Numbered from the stretch's first letter, positions 1-12,444 are shown. The stretch: 64,000 nucleotides of DNA from an uncultured cyanobacterium (GCA_963744145.1 CAVUSO010000001.1:3104001-3168000), one strand, 5' to 3'. The notes: generated by a model not told the origin, from the letters alone. Translations and numbers: made by a program.

Positions 1-69
1 TGGTTTTTGGGCAACTAGGAGAGCTGCGGTACTTACTAATGTTAAGGTGGTGAGTAGTTTGATATTCAT
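1..69 (-). CDS. 5' end of a secreted protein that runs off the window (MNIKLLTTLTLVSTAALLVAQKP...)
   Basis: ATG at 69 on the minus strand, AAGGAG-type RBS upstream, signal-peptide-like N-terminus; open to the window edge. Confidence 0.6.
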   Translation of the reverse strand, partial: MNIKLLTTLTLVSTAALLVAQKP

Positions 70-466
70 GGTTTGGGGGATCTCCTTTTTTAGGTCTTTA
101 GAACTATTTTTAGAACAATTAGGTTTACTTAGATTTACTGGAACCGAAACATAAAAACTTTTACTTTTACTTTTCGTTTTTACTGAACTTCGCTTTCCAT
201 AATTTAACTGTATGTCATTTGTTTGGAGTTGATCCGACTTTTGAGAGTTTTTACTCACTCTTTACAATTTTCTTCATATTAGCTTTAAATATCAATCTTT
301 TTTTTTCCTAGAAAGAAACTAAATTAAGGCTCAAATCATTGTATTGTAAGGATCTTACCAACGATGAGTTTAGGCAAAAATTATTTTGCTGTTAGAATAA
401 ATTAAGCTCCATGATCGAGCATAAATAATAGTTGATTAACCAACCGGGTACAGAGGATAAATAGGG

Positions 467-3400
467 ATGTCAGTAAATTCTACTAATAAACGCTGGCAAT
501 TTTGGATCGATCGTGGTGGGACATTTACCGATATTGTGGCCCAATGTCCCGATGGAAAGTTATTAATTCATAAATTGTTGTCAGAGAATCCTGCAAGTTA
601 TCTCGATGCACCCATCCAAGGAATTCGGGAAATTCTAGGACTTGCTCCTGAGCAACCGATCCCATTTGCAGAAATTGAAGTGGTCAAAATGGGGACAACT
701 GTTGCTACTAATGCACTTTTAGAAAGAAGGGGCGATCGCACAGTTTTACTAATTACTAAAGGATTCCGAGATGCACTAAGGATTGGTTATCAAAATCGTC
801 CTGATATCTTTGCTCGACAGATTGTCCTCCCAGAAATGCTCTATGAGGAAGTTATTGAGGTGGAAGAACGTTATAGTGCTACAGGAGAAGAGTTAATTCC
901 GTTAGTAGAAACTCAATTTATCTCAGCATTACAGGAAGTTTATCAGCGTGGAATTCGTTCTTGTGCTATAGTTTTTATTCATGGTTATCGTTATCCCGAG
1001 CATGAACAAGCAGTAGCAAAAATAGCCAAAAAAATTGGATTTACTCAAATTTCCGTTTCTCATCAAGTCAGTCCCTTAATGAAATTAGTTAGTCGAGGTG
1101 ATACTACTGTTGTTGATGCTTATTTATCTCCCATTCTCCACCGTTATGTAGAACAAGTAGCAGCACAGTTATCCAATACTCCCTTAATGTTTATGCAATC
1201 TCATGGTGGATTAGTAGATGCTCATCAGTTTCAAGGAAAAGATAGCATCTTATCTGGACCAGCAGGAGGAATTGTTGGTGCTGTGGAAATAAGTGCGATC
1301 GCTGGATACCAAAAAATTATTAGTTTTGATATGGGTGGTACTTCTACTGATGTAGCTCATTATGATGGAGAATATGAACGAGAATTTGAAACAGAAATTG
1401 CTGGAGTTAGATTAAGAACTCCAATTATGTCAATTCATACAGTTGCTGCTGGAGGAGGTTCGATTCTTACTTTTACACCAGGAAGATATCGAGTTGGACC
1501 AGAATCAGCAGGAGCAAATCCAGGTCCAGCTTGTTATTGTCAAGGTGGTCCATTAACGGTTACTGATTGTAATGTGATGTTAGGTAAAATTCAACCAGAT
1601 TTTTTTCCCAAAGTGTTTGGAGTGGATCGGAATTTACCTTTAGATCGAGCAATAGTTCAAGAGAAATTTGCTCAATTAACTAGAGAAATTGGAGATGGGA
1701 GATCACCGGAACAAGTAGCATCAGGATTTTTAGCGATCGCAGTGGAAAAAATGTCTAGTGCGATTAAGAAAATTTCGCTTCAACGGGGATATGATGTTTC
1801 TGAATATACTCTATGTTGTTTTGGTGGTGCTGGAGGACAACACGCTTGTGCGATCGCTGATGCGTTAGGAATGAAACGAATATTAATTCATCCTTATGCT
1901 GGAGTTTTATCTGCTTATGGAATGGGATTAGCTGCACTAAGAGTGATGCGGGAAAAAGCTGTAGAATCTCTATTAAATCCTGATATTATTTCAGAATTAA
2001 AGCAATTTTTAGAAAAATTAGAAATAGCAGGAAAACAAGAATTTGACCGTCTCTCTCCAGCAGATTTCCACCAGATTCAGGTACTAAAAAAAGTCCATTT
2101 GCGTTATGAAGGAACAGATTCATCGCTACTGGTCACCTTTGATAATCAAGAAAAGATGCAGGAAGAATTTGCTCAAGCACATCGTCAACGATATGGATTT
2201 TTTATCCCAGAAAAACCCCTAATAGTTGAAGCAGTTTCGGTGGAATTAGTGCATCGAAATAAAGTCCCAGAAGAACCAATTATTAAACGTCGCAATCAGC
2301 AATTACCGATCGCGATCGCATCAACTCAAATGTATACAGCAGATCAGTGGTACGAAACACCTATATATCAACGGAATGATCTCCAACCAGGAGATATTAT
2401 TATCGGTCCAGCAATTATAATTGAAGCAACTGGAACCAATGTAATTGAACCAGGATGGAAAGCAATCTTAACTGAGCGTAATCATTTAATTTTATCAGTT
2501 ATTAACCAAGAGACAAAACTTCTTGTCCAAACCAAGATTACTAATCAAACCGCAGATCCGGTGATGTTAGAGATTTTTAATAATTTATTTCGAGCGATCG
2601 CAGAACAAATGGGAATTACCTTACAAAACACCAGTTCATCAGTCAATATTAAAGAACGTCTAGATTTTTCCTGTGCTATTTTCGATCATCAGGGACAATT
2701 AGTAGCAAATGCACCACATATCCCCGTCCATTTGGGTTCAATGAGCGAAAGCGTGAAAAGTTTAATTGATGCTTGTGGTAATACCATAAAACCAGGAGAT
2801 GTTTATATGTCAAACAATCCCTATAATGGTGGTACGCATCTCCCTGATATTACAGTAATTACTCCTGTATTTCATCCTGATCAGAATCAAGAACAAAACT
2901 ATCCTCTATTTTATGTTGCAGCACGAGGACACCATGCGGATATTGGTGGAATTACACCTGGCTCTATGCCTCCTCATAGTATCATAGTAGAGCAAGAAGG
3001 TGTATTGATTGACAATTTTCAGCTAGTCAAAGCAGATACTTTTCGCGAAAAAGAATTATTAGAATTACTGACATCTGGTAATTACCCAGCTCGCAATCCT
3101 GAGAAAAATGTAGCAGATTTACAAGCACAAATTGCGGCAAATAAACGGGGGGTACAAGAACTAACTAAGATGGTAATCTATTACGGATTAGAAACTGTAC
3201 AAGCTTATATGGGTTATGTCCAGGATCATGCTGAAGAATCAGTACGTCAAGCGATTGAGGTATTAACTGATGGAGAATTTACCTATCCATTAGATCAGGG
3301 TGGACAAATTCAAGTTACTATTAGCATTAATAAATCCACTCGTAGTGCTAAAATTGACTTCACTGGTACATCTAGTCAACTTCCCAGTAATTTTAATGCT

Positions 3401-4099
3401 CCTTCAGCAGTTTGTCAAGCAGCAGTTTTATATGTCTTTCGGACTTTAGTGAAGGGAGATATTCCTCTTAATGCGGGTTGTCTCAAACCCTTAGAAATTA
3501 TTATTCCCGCAGGATGTATGTTAAATCCAAGTTATCCTGCTGCTGTAGTTGCGGGAAATGTCGAAACATCCCAAAATATCACTGATGCTTTGTACTGTGC
3601 ATTAGGAGTAATGGCAGCATCTCAGGGAACAATGAATAATTTTACCTTTGGTAATGAACAATATCAATATTATGAAACCATCTGTGGTGGTTCCGGTGCT
3701 GGGGTTAATTTTCATGGGACTGATGCAGTTCAAACCCACATGACTAATTCTCGTCTCACCGATCCAGAAGTGTTAGAATGGCGCTTTCCTGTATTATTAC
3801 AAAGTTTTTCTATTCGTGCTAATAGCGGTGGTATGGGTGATTATTGTGGAGGTAATGGAGTAATTCGTCGGATGCAATTTCGATCCCTTATGACTGCGGC
3901 AATTTTATCAAGTCGTCGGGTAATTCCACCCTACGGTTTACATGGTGGAGGTAATGGAGCAGTAGGTAAAAATTGGGTAGAGCGTAGAGATGGAACTATT
4001 GAAGAATTAGGTAGCAGTGCTACAGTTGAAATGCAACCTGGAGATGTATTTGTAATTGAGACTCCCGGAGGAGGAGGTTGTTTATCTAGATCAGCATAA
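467..4099 (+). CDS. Fused hydantoinase A/B / ATP-dependent 5-oxoprolinase
   Basis: Motifs [59 protein letters not shown]. Confidence 0.95.
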   Translation: MSVNSTNKRWQFWIDRGGTFTDIVAQCPDGKLLIHKLLSENPASYLDAPIQGIREILGLAPEQPIPFAEIEVVKMGTTVATNALLERRGDRTVLLITKGFRDALRIGYQNRPDIFARQIVLPEMLYEEVIEVEERYSATGEELIPLVETQFISALQEVYQRGIRSCAIVFIHGYRYPEHEQAVAKIAKKIGFTQISVSHQVSPLMKLVSRGDTTVVDAYLSPILHRYVEQVAAQLSNTPLMFMQSHGGLVDAHQFQGKDSILSGPAGGIVGAVEISAIAGYQKIISFDMGGTSTDVAHYDGEYEREFETEIAGVRLRTPIMSIHTVAAGGGSILTFTPGRYRVGPESAGANPGPACYCQGGPLTVTDCNVMLGKIQPDFFPKVFGVDRNLPLDRAIVQEKFAQLTREIGDGRSPEQVASGFLAIAVEKMSSAIKKISLQRGYDVSEYTLCCFGGAGGQHACAIADALGMKRILIHPYAGVLSAYGMGLAALRVMREKAVESLLNPDIISELKQFLEKLEIAGKQEFDRLSPADFHQIQVLKKVHLRYEGTDSSLLVTFDNQEKMQEEFAQAHRQRYGFFIPEKPLIVEAVSVELVHRNKVPEEPIIKRRNQQLPIAIASTQMYTADQWYETPIYQRNDLQPGDIIIGPAIIIEATGTNVIEPGWKAILTERNHLILSVINQETKLLVQTKITNQTADPVMLEIFNNLFRAIAEQMGITLQNTSSSVNIKERLDFSCAIFDHQGQLVANAPHIPVHLGSMSESVKSLIDACGNTIKPGDVYMSNNPYNGGTHLPDITVITPVFHPDQNQEQNYPLFYVAARGHHADIGGITPGSMPPHSIIVEQEGVLIDNFQLVKADTFREKELLELLTSGNYPARNPEKNVADLQAQIAANKRGVQELTKMVIYYGLETVQAYMGYVQDHAEESVRQAIEVLTDGEFTYPLDQGGQIQVTISINKSTRSAKIDFTGTSSQLPSNFNAPSAVCQAAVLYVFRTLVKGDIPLNAGCLKPLEIIIPAGCMLNPSYPAAVVAGNVETSQNITDALYCALGVMAASQGTMNNFTFGNEQYQYYETICGGSGAGVNFHGTDAVQTHMTNSRLTDPEVLEWRFPVLLQSFSIRANSGGMGDYCGGNGVIRRMQFRSLMTAAILSSRRVIPPYGLHGGGNGAVGKNWVERRDGTIEELGSSATVEMQPGDVFVIETPGGGGCLSRSA

Positions 4100-4144
4100 T
4101 TCCATCTAGTAGAGACTAATCCCATTACAAAAGAGATCCTATTC

Positions 4145-4723
4145 ATGACTACTAAAACTCTACATCTTCATCAAGAACAGCGGTTAATGTTATCTGGTGT
4201 CTCATGGGATCAATATAAAACCTTAGACGCAAACTTAGAATCTATTCCCGGAATCAGGCTGACCTATTTTCATGGTAATCTGGAATTTATGACTATTTCT
4301 GAGGAACACGAAGACATTAAAAGCTTACTTGGTACATTAATAGAACTTTACCTATTAGAAATAGGAATGCGTTACTATCGTCGCGGTGGACCTACTATAA
4401 AAAAAGAACCAGATGTAGAATTGATTCCCGATGAAACTTTTCATTTTGGTAGTAAAAAAACTGTACCAGACCTAGCGATCGAAATTACAATTACTAGCGG
4501 TACTATTGCCAAATTACTAGGATATCAAACTTTAAAAGTTCCCGAAGTATGGTTTTGGAAAAATGGTAAACTCAGCCTTTACGATCTCAAACCAGATGGT
4601 TATCAAGAAACAGACCAGAGTAAATTTTTGCCAGATTTAGATTTAACCATGTTGGTGCGATGTCTTAACATATCTGATCAATATGATGCGATCGCCCAAT
4701 TTCGTCAAGCAATTAAAAAATAG
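4145..4723 (+). CDS. Uma2 (DUF820) family endonuclease
   Basis: PD...PDLAIEI...VPEVWFW pattern. Confidence 0.9.
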   Translation: MTTKTLHLHQEQRLMLSGVSWDQYKTLDANLESIPGIRLTYFHGNLEFMTISEEHEDIKSLLGTLIELYLLEIGMRYYRRGGPTIKKEPDVELIPDETFHFGSKKTVPDLAIEITITSGTIAKLLGYQTLKVPEVWFWKNGKLSLYDLKPDGYQETDQSKFLPDLDLTMLVRCLNISDQYDAIAQFRQAIKK

Positions 4724-4763
4724 ATGGTATCTAGACTTACCTGAGCGGGGAGTGAGTGCTAAT

Positions 4764-5705
4764 CTAATCATGTAAAGTCCCATCGGGCATAGTTGCTCCA
4801 GTCAAAATTGTCCCTTGTTTTTCTGCGGTATTCAAATTAGCATCCCACAGATAAGCCCCCCGTAAACTAGTCGCTGTTAAATTAGCATCCCAAAGATTAG
4901 CTTTAATTAAATTTGCTCCAGTTAAATCCGCTTCACTCAAATCCGCTTCATGCAAATTTGCTTTACTTAAATTTGCTTCGCACAAATCTGCTTTCGCGAG
5001 ATTTGCTCGTACTAAATTAGTTCTATACAAATTTGACCGAGACAGTAGCGTCACCCGTAATTCAGCATCACTCAAGTTAGCTGTGTTTAAGTTAGCTTTA
5101 CTCAAATTAGCACCACTTAATTTTGCCATACTTAAATCTACCCCATCCAAATCTACTTCATGTAAATCTACCCCATTCAAATATGCACCACTCAGTTTTA
5201 CTCCATTCAGTAAAGCTCCTCCCAACAAAGCACCACTCAATCTAGCACCACATAGGTTAGCCCAATTTAGATTAGCTTTAACTAGATTAGCAGAGCGTAA
5301 ATTTATCCCTCGCAAATCTGCACCGCAAAAATTAACTTCACCTAAATTAGCTAAACGTAGATTTACTCCAGTTAAGATTGCTCCACTCAATTTTGCTTTG
5401 GTTAAGATTGATTTAACTAAGTAAGCTCCTTGGAGATTAGCTTTGGTTAAATCAGCATTGATCAGTCTTGCTTCATTAATCTTGGCAAAACTCAAATTAG
5501 CTCGATATAATATAGTTGCACCCAGATTAGCTCCCGTTAACACAGCTCGACTAAGATTAACTGCGGTCAGATTAGCACCGGAAAAATTAGCACCAACTAA
5601 GGTCATTCTTTCCAGGTTAGCTCCGTAGAGATTAAGATCACGAAAATCTCGTTCTCCGCTTGTATATCGCTTAAATAATTCAGTCGATTCCATCATATTC
5701 CTCAT
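4764..5705 (-). CDS. Pentapeptide repeat protein
   Basis: A(N/D)LxG repeats; RYxxGERDF N-cap and GATMPDG C-cap. Confidence 0.95.
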   Translation of the reverse strand: MRNMMESTELFKRYTSGERDFRDLNLYGANLERMTLVGANFSGANLTAVNLSRAVLTGANLGATILYRANLSFAKINEARLINADLTKANLQGAYLVKSILTKAKLSGAILTGVNLRLANLGEVNFCGADLRGINLRSANLVKANLNWANLCGARLSGALLGGALLNGVKLSGAYLNGVDLHEVDLDGVDLSMAKLSGANLSKANLNTANLSDAELRVTLLSRSNLYRTNLVRANLAKADLCEANLSKANLHEADLSEADLTGANLIKANLWDANLTATSLRGAYLWDANLNTAEKQGTILTGATMPDGTLHD

Positions 5706-6004
5706 GGGGATATTAATTATGTTATTAGATTAAAACCAGAGCTAAATTAATATTTTTAAATATCAATTGAATAGTTAGTACCAAAAATCAATCAGGTATG
5801 GTGAGCGATCGCCTTTTTCCCAATCAAATCATCTCAGCAGTATTCCTAGTAGCGATCGCCCTAACTATTGCCAAAAACTAGAGATTGAATTGTCTAATCT
5901 TGATGGTTAATCGGCGCAGAAAAATCTCATATTTTTCCCATCTTAGCATAAAATTGGGTAATAGGTAAAAAAGCTAGATCAATAATTACCAATTACCCAC
6001 AAAT

Positions 6005-6619
6005 TTATTCGTCGTAGATGCGAGCCTCGAACGCATCGGGATTTTCTTCACAGTAAATCTCAAAAGCGGTTTTCAGAGGTTTTTGTGCCCGCTGATGAGC
6101 AGCTTCAGCTTGCAATTCTTCAACGGTATCCCAAGCAACCGCACATTCTTTAGAACCAGCACCTTTACTCAGACCAATAGCACGAGCTTCAGCAATGGCT
6201 TTTTCAATTTCTTCTTGAAGAACCAGACTTTTTGGTTTTTCTACAAAGTCACCTTTAGTCAGAATATCCGTAATCGAAATCACACCGAGTAACTTGTCCC
6301 TAATGACTGGAGCTTGATGAATACCAGTATGGGCAAATAATCTCGCTACATACTCCACACCTAGATCGGGATTAACCACAATACAAGGTTTAGTCATAAT
6401 TTCGTAGACGCGAACACTCTTAGGATCTTTTCCAAAAGCCGCAACCTTGTATACCACATCAGTTTCTGTCACTATGCCATAGGGATCGGCGGCATGACGC
6501 TGTTGTACTACCAAAGTATGTAGTTTTTTTTCTTTCATTAGTAACACTGCATCAGCCACAGTAGCCGAGCCGCGAATAGTGACCACATCTTTGGTCATAA
6601 TATCTTCGGCTTTCATCAT
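6005..6619 (-). CDS. CBS-CP12 fusion protein
   Basis: Tandem CBS pair, then the CP12 signature AWDTVEEL and YCEENPDAxEARIYD. Confidence 0.92.
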   Translation of the reverse strand: MMKAEDIMTKDVVTIRGSATVADAVLLMKEKKLHTLVVQQRHAADPYGIVTETDVVYKVAAFGKDPKSVRVYEIMTKPCIVVNPDLGVEYVARLFAHTGIHQAPVIRDKLLGVISITDILTKGDFVEKPKSLVLQEEIEKAIAEARAIGLSKGAGSKECAVAWDTVEELQAEAAHQRAQKPLKTAFEIYCEENPDAFEARIYDE

Positions 6620-6697
6620 GACTATCTCTCCTGGAAACGAAGAATGTCTACTTTGCTATTATAGAATAGAGAAGAACACCGATCAAATCAAAAATTA

Positions 6698-7321
6698 TTA
6701 ATGTAGATCCACTTCCCAGATGCCAATGTAGATGCGATCGCTTTGGTCTCGTTCAATCAAACCTGACAGATTATCTAGTCTAAATTCATAACTTTTCGAC
6801 TTTCTCTGTCGCACTTGCTGAAACCCTTGCTTGATCTCTTCACTCAACTTACATCCGAGCATGCCATTCAAAGTTTTGAAAATCACCTGAGTATCAACAA
6901 AATCATCAAAGGCTGCTTCACTTTGGCGTAATTTTTCCGAATCGAGATCAAATAAAAATCCCAAACTGACCTGACCAGGAATCAAATCATAGCTAATCGC
7001 TTTGGTATTTGGCCAATAACCTGAACGAATTTGCTTAGGTACACCGAACATTCTTAGGACTGCGCTTTGATGTATACCGGGTTCAAATCCGGGAATTCCC
7101 ACCCCAATCGGCTGTTTTTCACAAATATTCTCGTTAATCACTTCTAACGGAGATAATTGATCCAGCCAAACAGGCAGATATTGTAACAATCGGGAAGGCT
7201 GAGCTGCAATCGGTTCAACAGGGGCATAAATTTTCGCTAACATCAACTGCGGGAAGCCACTGAGCAGGAGAGAAATTACAAAAGAGGGAGAAATCGCTTT
7301 CATGGGGCGAATCTGTAACAA
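6698..7321 (-). CDS. Exported hypothetical protein resembling the C-terminal domain of cyanobacterial Ser/Thr kinases
   Basis: Hydrophobic N-terminus; IPGFxPG...GYWPNT...SLGFLFD...LRQSEAAF...YIGIWE pattern recalled from kinase tails. Confidence 0.55.
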   Translation of the reverse strand: MLQIRPMKAISPSFVISLLLSGFPQLMLAKIYAPVEPIAAQPSRLLQYLPVWLDQLSPLEVINENICEKQPIGVGIPGFEPGIHQSAVLRMFGVPKQIRSGYWPNTKAISYDLIPGQVSLGFLFDLDSEKLRQSEAAFDDFVDTQVIFKTLNGMLGCKLSEEIKQGFQQVRQRKSKSYEFRLDNLSGLIERDQSDRIYIGIWEVDLH

Positions 7322-7556
7322 ACTGGGATCACCAGCTAAATCGCTAATTGTAGTACACCCCTCTTGCGAGCGATTAGCTGACCACAGATAGTATTTACTA
7401 CATAGTTTTCAGACACTCAGTCGTTAGCTACTCTGACTCAGACAGAATTTGCTTGATGATTGGATATTTTGATTGTAGCAAAAATTGTTTTACCTTGGCT
7501 AATTTTAAACCAATCGGTAATAAGTAAAAAGCTAACCAATTACCGATGGGAATAAC

Positions 7557-8561
7557 TTAAGCACAAAGTAATCCATCGGGCATCAGAGCACCATCAATGA
7601 TCGCATCACGCCAGTTTGTACCAATAATAGCTGCATTGCGTAAACTGGCACCGCGGAGATCTGCACCAGATAAATTGGCTCCATCTAAATCAGCTCCCCA
7701 CAGATAAGCTCCCTGTAAATTAGCTCCACTTAAGTCAGCTCCGGCTAAACAAGCTAAATTCAAGTTAGCTCCCCGGAGATCCGCTTTTCTTAAATCTGCT
7801 TCTCTTAGGTCAGCTTTCATCATCATTGCTTGACCAAGCCGACTATCACTTAAGTTTACCCCAGACAAATTCGCTTGTTTAAGATTTCCTTCTTTCAAGT
7901 CAACCAATCGCATTTGGGCCCCACGCAAATCAGTCCCAGTGAAATTAATTCCCGCTAATTGAGCACCATTTAATTTGACTTCACTTAAATCTAGACCACT
8001 GAAGTTTTCCGACTCTAAGTTAAGTCCATTGAGAAAAGCACCACTAAGTTTCACTTCATTCATCTGGGCCCCTCTTAATGAAGCACCACTTAATCTTGCT
8101 CCCGACAGATTAGCCCAGTTTAAATTAGCACCGGTGAGATTAGCCGATCGCAGATTAATCCCATTTAAGTTCGCACCACACAAATTCACTCCTGGTAAAT
8201 TAGCACGATATAAAGTCACCCAACTGAGGATAGCACCGCTAAGTTTAGCACCACTGAGATTGACATCAGCTAGGTTAGCGCCTTGAAGATTTGCTTTAGT
8301 TAAATCTGCTTCGATTAAATTACTACCTTTAAGCTTGGCAAAACTCAGATCTGTTGAGTACAGAAAAGCACCATTTAATTGTGCTTCCAACAGGAAAGCT
8401 CTACTCAAGTCTGCTCGGGCTAAAGATGCTTCTTTTAAGTTTGCACCGGTCAGGTTTACTCTCTTTAAAGTGGCACCAATCAGATTGGCTTCAATTAAGT
8501 TCGCGCCTTGAAAATCTCGATCGCCTGCTAGATAGCGTTTTAACAGTTCATAAGCATCCAT
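7557..8561 (-). CDS. Pentapeptide repeat protein
   Basis: Pentapeptide repeats with ELLKRYLAGDRDF and GALMPDG caps. Confidence 0.95.
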   Translation of the reverse strand: MDAYELLKRYLAGDRDFQGANLIEANLIGATLKRVNLTGANLKEASLARADLSRAFLLEAQLNGAFLYSTDLSFAKLKGSNLIEADLTKANLQGANLADVNLSGAKLSGAILSWVTLYRANLPGVNLCGANLNGINLRSANLTGANLNWANLSGARLSGASLRGAQMNEVKLSGAFLNGLNLESENFSGLDLSEVKLNGAQLAGINFTGTDLRGAQMRLVDLKEGNLKQANLSGVNLSDSRLGQAMMMKADLREADLRKADLRGANLNLACLAGADLSGANLQGAYLWGADLDGANLSGADLRGASLRNAAIIGTNWRDAIIDGALMPDGLLCA

Positions 8562-8661
8562 ATCATTTAACCCGAATGGTTACAACACAGCTCTATAAAC
8601 TGTATAGTTCCCCAGGTTCGAGTTTCGATCACCCTTAATCAACTAAAAACGAATCTAGGAA

Positions 8662-9504
8662 TTAATCATGGGTTCTCCCATCTGGCATAATCGCACCACT
8701 TAAGTCTGCATCACGTAGATTGGCTCGAGTCAAATTAGCATCCATCAAAATCGCGTCACTCAGGATAGCACCACTTAAATTTGACCAACTTAATTTGGCC
8801 CGATATAAAGTCGCACGACGTAAATTCACACCACGTAAGCTAGTCCAACTCACATTAGCCCAGCGCAAATTAGCACCACTGAGATTCGCATTAACTAAAT
8901 TAGCACCACTAAGTTTAGCTCGACTCAAATCAGCTTCAATTAAACTGGCAGACTCTAGGATAGCACCACTAAGGATAGCGTTAATCATATTAGCTTTATC
9001 CAAAATTGCCCCACTTAAAATAGCATTAGTAAGATTAGCTCCTTCTAATATTGCCCCAGTTAATGATGCTTCCATCAAGTTAGCCCGACTCACACAAGCT
9101 TCCCGCAGGTTAGCTTGATAAAGATTACTTTTAATCATTTTGGCTTCACTCAGCATCGATTCAGATAGATTAGCTTTAGACAAAATGACATTAGTCAAAT
9201 TTGCCCGACTCAGATTAGCACCCATTAAATTAGCTTCGTCTAGATTAGCATCGCTCAGATTGGCACCAATCAGATTAATGAGACTCATATTCGCCCCACT
9301 AAAATTAGCCCCAATTAAATTCGATTCACGGAGATTGACTCCACTTAAATTAGCCCCAACCAGAATTGCCCCCCGGAAATAGCATTCCCGGAGATTGGCC
9401 TCGCTCAAATTAGCCCCGCTGAGGTCTGCTTCAATTAAGTTAACTTCACGAAAATTTCTTTCGCCCGCTGCATATTGGTTTAGCAGTTCTTTGGCATCTA
9501 TCAT
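8662..9504 (-). CDS. Pentapeptide repeat protein
   Basis: Pentapeptide repeats; ATG 9504 (MIDAKELL) chosen by parallel with the two paralogs. Confidence 0.93.
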   Translation of the reverse strand: MIDAKELLNQYAAGERNFREVNLIEADLSGANLSEANLRECYFRGAILVGANLSGVNLRESNLIGANFSGANMSLINLIGANLSDANLDEANLMGANLSRANLTNVILSKANLSESMLSEAKMIKSNLYQANLREACVSRANLMEASLTGAILEGANLTNAILSGAILDKANMINAILSGAILESASLIEADLSRAKLSGANLVNANLSGANLRWANVSWTSLRGVNLRRATLYRAKLSWSNLSGAILSDAILMDANLTRANLRDADLSGAIMPDGRTHD

Positions 9505-9805
9505 CTGCGACCTCGTCAATTACTTATAAGTAAGCAAGTTTAGTTGTAAATTAGTAGTCCAGCATAGATGATCAGCAAAAAGCACCTCACCTTTTCAGTC
9601 TCTGATCCCAGTTGATGGGCGCTGAAAAATTTTTCCAGCCATCTCCACCGTTGATCCAAAAAAGAAGATAAACAGACATAGATCCTGAGACAATTCAAAG
9701 TGGTCATTAGTTAGCGATCGTGGATAGATTTGCCCAAAAAGTAAGAAACTAGAAATAACTAATGACGATCAGGAAATGTTCCGGGTGGAAAGCCCGCACT
9801 AGCAA

Positions 9806-11491
9806 ATGACAATTGACAACTTTAGAAGCAAAGTCGTAACACAGGGTGTACAGCGATCGCCAAACCGGGCGATGCTGCGTGCAGTTGGTTTTGGTGACCA
9901 GGATTTTACTAAAGCCATTGTTGGCATTGCCAATGGTTATAGCACGATCACTCCTTGCAATATGGGCATCAATGATTTAGCCAAGCGAGCTGAGACTAGT
10001 TGTCGAGCTGCGGGTGCTATGCCCCAAATGTTTGGCACGATTACGGTCAGCGATGGGATCTCGATGGGCACGGAGGGAATGAAGTATTCTTTGGTGTCCC
10101 GCGAGGTGATTGCTGATTCCATCGAAACGGCTTGTAATGGCCAGAGTATGGATGGAGTGTTGGCGATCGGCGGCTGTGACAAGAATATGCCAGGGGCGAT
10201 GATCGCGATCGCCAGGATGAATATTCCCGCCATATTTGTCTATGGTGGCACAATTAAACCCGGACATCACAATGGACGGGATTTAACTGTGGTCAGCGCC
10301 TTTGAGGCAGTGGGACAATACAGCGCGGGAAAAATTGATGACGCTGAATTGTTTGAGGTGGAACGCAAAGCCTGCCCTGGTGCAGGTTCTTGCGGAGGTA
10401 TGTATACTGCTAATACCATGTCTTCTGCCTTTGAGGCAATTGGTATGAGTTTGCCATATTCCTCCACCATGGCAGCAGAAGATGAGGAAAAAGCAGATAG
10501 TGCTGAAAAATCAGCCCTAGTTCTGGTCGATGCGATTCGTCAACAACTTTTGCCACGTCAGATTTTAACTCGGAAAGCCTTTGAAAATGCGATCGCGGTA
10601 GTGATGGCGGTAGGTGGCTCAACTAATGCGATCTTGCATCTATTAGCGATCGCCCATGCGGCTGGAGTCGAACTAGCTTTAGATGATTTTGAAACGATTC
10701 GCGCTCGGGTTCCGGTGCTGTGCGATCTCAAACCTTCTGGTCAGTATGTAGCTTGTGATTTACATCGAGTCGGTGGGATTCCCCAAGTCATGAAAATGCT
10801 CTTAGTACATGATTTATTGCATGGGGATGCGCTGACGATTACCGGACAAACGATCGCCGAAGTTTTAGCTGATATTCCTGACGAACCACCAGCAGGTCAA
10901 GATGTGATTCGTCCTTGGCATCATCCCATGTATGCTCAAGGTCATTTGGCAATTTTACGAGGTAATTTAGCCACAGAAGGTGCCGTTGCGAAAATTACTG
11001 GCATCAAAAAATCCCAAATTACTGGTCCAGCTCGGGTCTTTGAATCGGAAGAATCCTGCTTAGAGGCAATTTTAGCTGGCAAAATTAAAGCTGGTGATGT
11101 AATTGTGATTCGCTACGAAGGTCCGAAAGGTGGTCCGGGAATGCGGGAAATGTTAGCCCCAACTTCGGCTATTATCGGTGCTGGATTAGGAGATGCGGTC
11201 GGATTAATTACTGATGGTCGCTTCTCTGGTGGGACTTATGGGATGGTGGTTGGTCATGTAGCTCCGGAAGCTGCGGTTGGTGGGGCGATCGCACTTGTCC
11301 AAGAGGGTGATCAGATTACGATTGATGCTCCTGGACGGTTGTTACAATTGCAGGTTTCTGAGCAAGAATTGGCAAATCGTCGCGCTCAATGGCAACCTCC
11401 TAAACCTCGCTATACTAAAGGCGTATTAGCTAAATATGCGAAGTTAGTATCTTCGAGCAGTGTTGGTGCTGTAACTGATTTGGAACTATAA
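9806..11491 (+). CDS. ilvD: Dihydroxy-acid dehydratase
   Basis: [46 protein letters not shown]. Confidence 0.98.
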   Translation: MTIDNFRSKVVTQGVQRSPNRAMLRAVGFGDQDFTKAIVGIANGYSTITPCNMGINDLAKRAETSCRAAGAMPQMFGTITVSDGISMGTEGMKYSLVSREVIADSIETACNGQSMDGVLAIGGCDKNMPGAMIAIARMNIPAIFVYGGTIKPGHHNGRDLTVVSAFEAVGQYSAGKIDDAELFEVERKACPGAGSCGGMYTANTMSSAFEAIGMSLPYSSTMAAEDEEKADSAEKSALVLVDAIRQQLLPRQILTRKAFENAIAVVMAVGGSTNAILHLLAIAHAAGVELALDDFETIRARVPVLCDLKPSGQYVACDLHRVGGIPQVMKMLLVHDLLHGDALTITGQTIAEVLADIPDEPPAGQDVIRPWHHPMYAQGHLAILRGNLATEGAVAKITGIKKSQITGPARVFESEESCLEAILAGKIKAGDVIVIRYEGPKGGPGMREMLAPTSAIIGAGLGDAVGLITDGRFSGGTYGMVVGHVAPEAAVGGAIALVQEGDQITIDAPGRLLQLQVSEQELANRRAQWQPPKPRYTKGVLAKYAKLVSSSSVGAVTDLEL

Positions 11492-11516
11492 CACTTGTTT
11501 GCTTGTTTGACAATTT

Positions 11517-11539
11517 GAGACGTTCCACCGGAACGTCTC
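11517..11539. terminator. Perfect hairpin between convergent genes (terminator or REP-like)
   Basis: GAGACGTTCC-acc-GGAACGTCTC. Confidence 0.6.
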
Positions 11540-11595
11540 TACTTAGGCTTTGGAGTGGCTTAACGGATCAGGATAGAGCAAGGTTTTTTTAGACT

Positions 11596-12243
11596 TTACA
11601 GGCGATTTATTATTCTTAAGATCAAAGTTTCAAATTCTTCTAAAGTCTGACTGACTCCAACTTCTTTAGCCTGTTGCATAAACTGGGGAATAATTTCTGC
11701 TACTGCAATATCTGGAAATATTATGCTGGTTTCAGATATTAAGTATGTATTTCCTTGCACCACATTAATCTTCAGCTTCCTCCCATCATAAACCCACAGT
11801 TCTGGCACTCCCAAAGCAATATAAGCATCTACTTCCGTTTTTGAAGTTACATCAGTTTCAATTGCTAAATCTGGTGGTGGATCTACATTTAGATCCAGCC
11901 GTTCTTTACCAATAACCGCTTGATAATTTTGGATATAAAAACAATTATCAGGTTCTATACCTGCGATCATTCCCTGACGCTTAAAAGTTGTAGATCCCAG
12001 AGGTCCCCACCGTCGTTTTTGCATTTTCAGTAGCGTTTTTACTAAATCCCCTAGTAATACTTTTGAGCGTTCTTGTTCTGGGAGAGGAGCCATAATTTCC
12101 AGAATTCCGTTAGCATAAGCAATTCTAGATGAACGTCTTTCTCCTAATTGCTGGAGAATCTTTTCAAATCCTGACCAGGAAACTGGTTGCAAGATTACTT
12201 TTTGTCCCGCTTTTAACCGCAGGTTAATCGCAGTTGTTGACAT
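11596..12243 (-). CDS. Uma2 family endonuclease
   Basis: EPDxCFY, DPPPDLAIE, GVPELW; ATG 12243 preferred as start. Confidence 0.9.
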   Translation of the reverse strand: MSTTAINLRLKAGQKVILQPVSWSGFEKILQQLGERRSSRIAYANGILEIMAPLPEQERSKVLLGDLVKTLLKMQKRRWGPLGSTTFKRQGMIAGIEPDNCFYIQNYQAVIGKERLDLNVDPPPDLAIETDVTSKTEVDAYIALGVPELWVYDGRKLKINVVQGNTYLISETSIIFPDIAVAEIIPQFMQQAKEVGVSQTLEEFETLILRIINRL

Positions 12244-12444
12244 AGCACGGAAGTCCCATAAAAGCGATCGCCGATCTTGAGCCAATTAATAGAGTATATA
12301 TTATTCACGCCCAGGTTCTGTCTCTTAATTCAAACTTGTGAATACTCACTCCAGTGTAAATTTATATTTCTTTTCATTATTTTCTCATTTTTTGTCTGAT
12401 ATTATTCTCATAATGTTTTCATTTTTGGCGATCTGTTCATATCT

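Noticed and set aside
5083..9382. Plus-strand ORFs rich in KLAPL repeats
   Set aside because: Antisense shadows of the pentapeptide genes
12290..12444. Possible Mn-sensing riboswitch upstream of mntH
   Set aside because: AT-rich, with no recognisable yybP-ykoY elements
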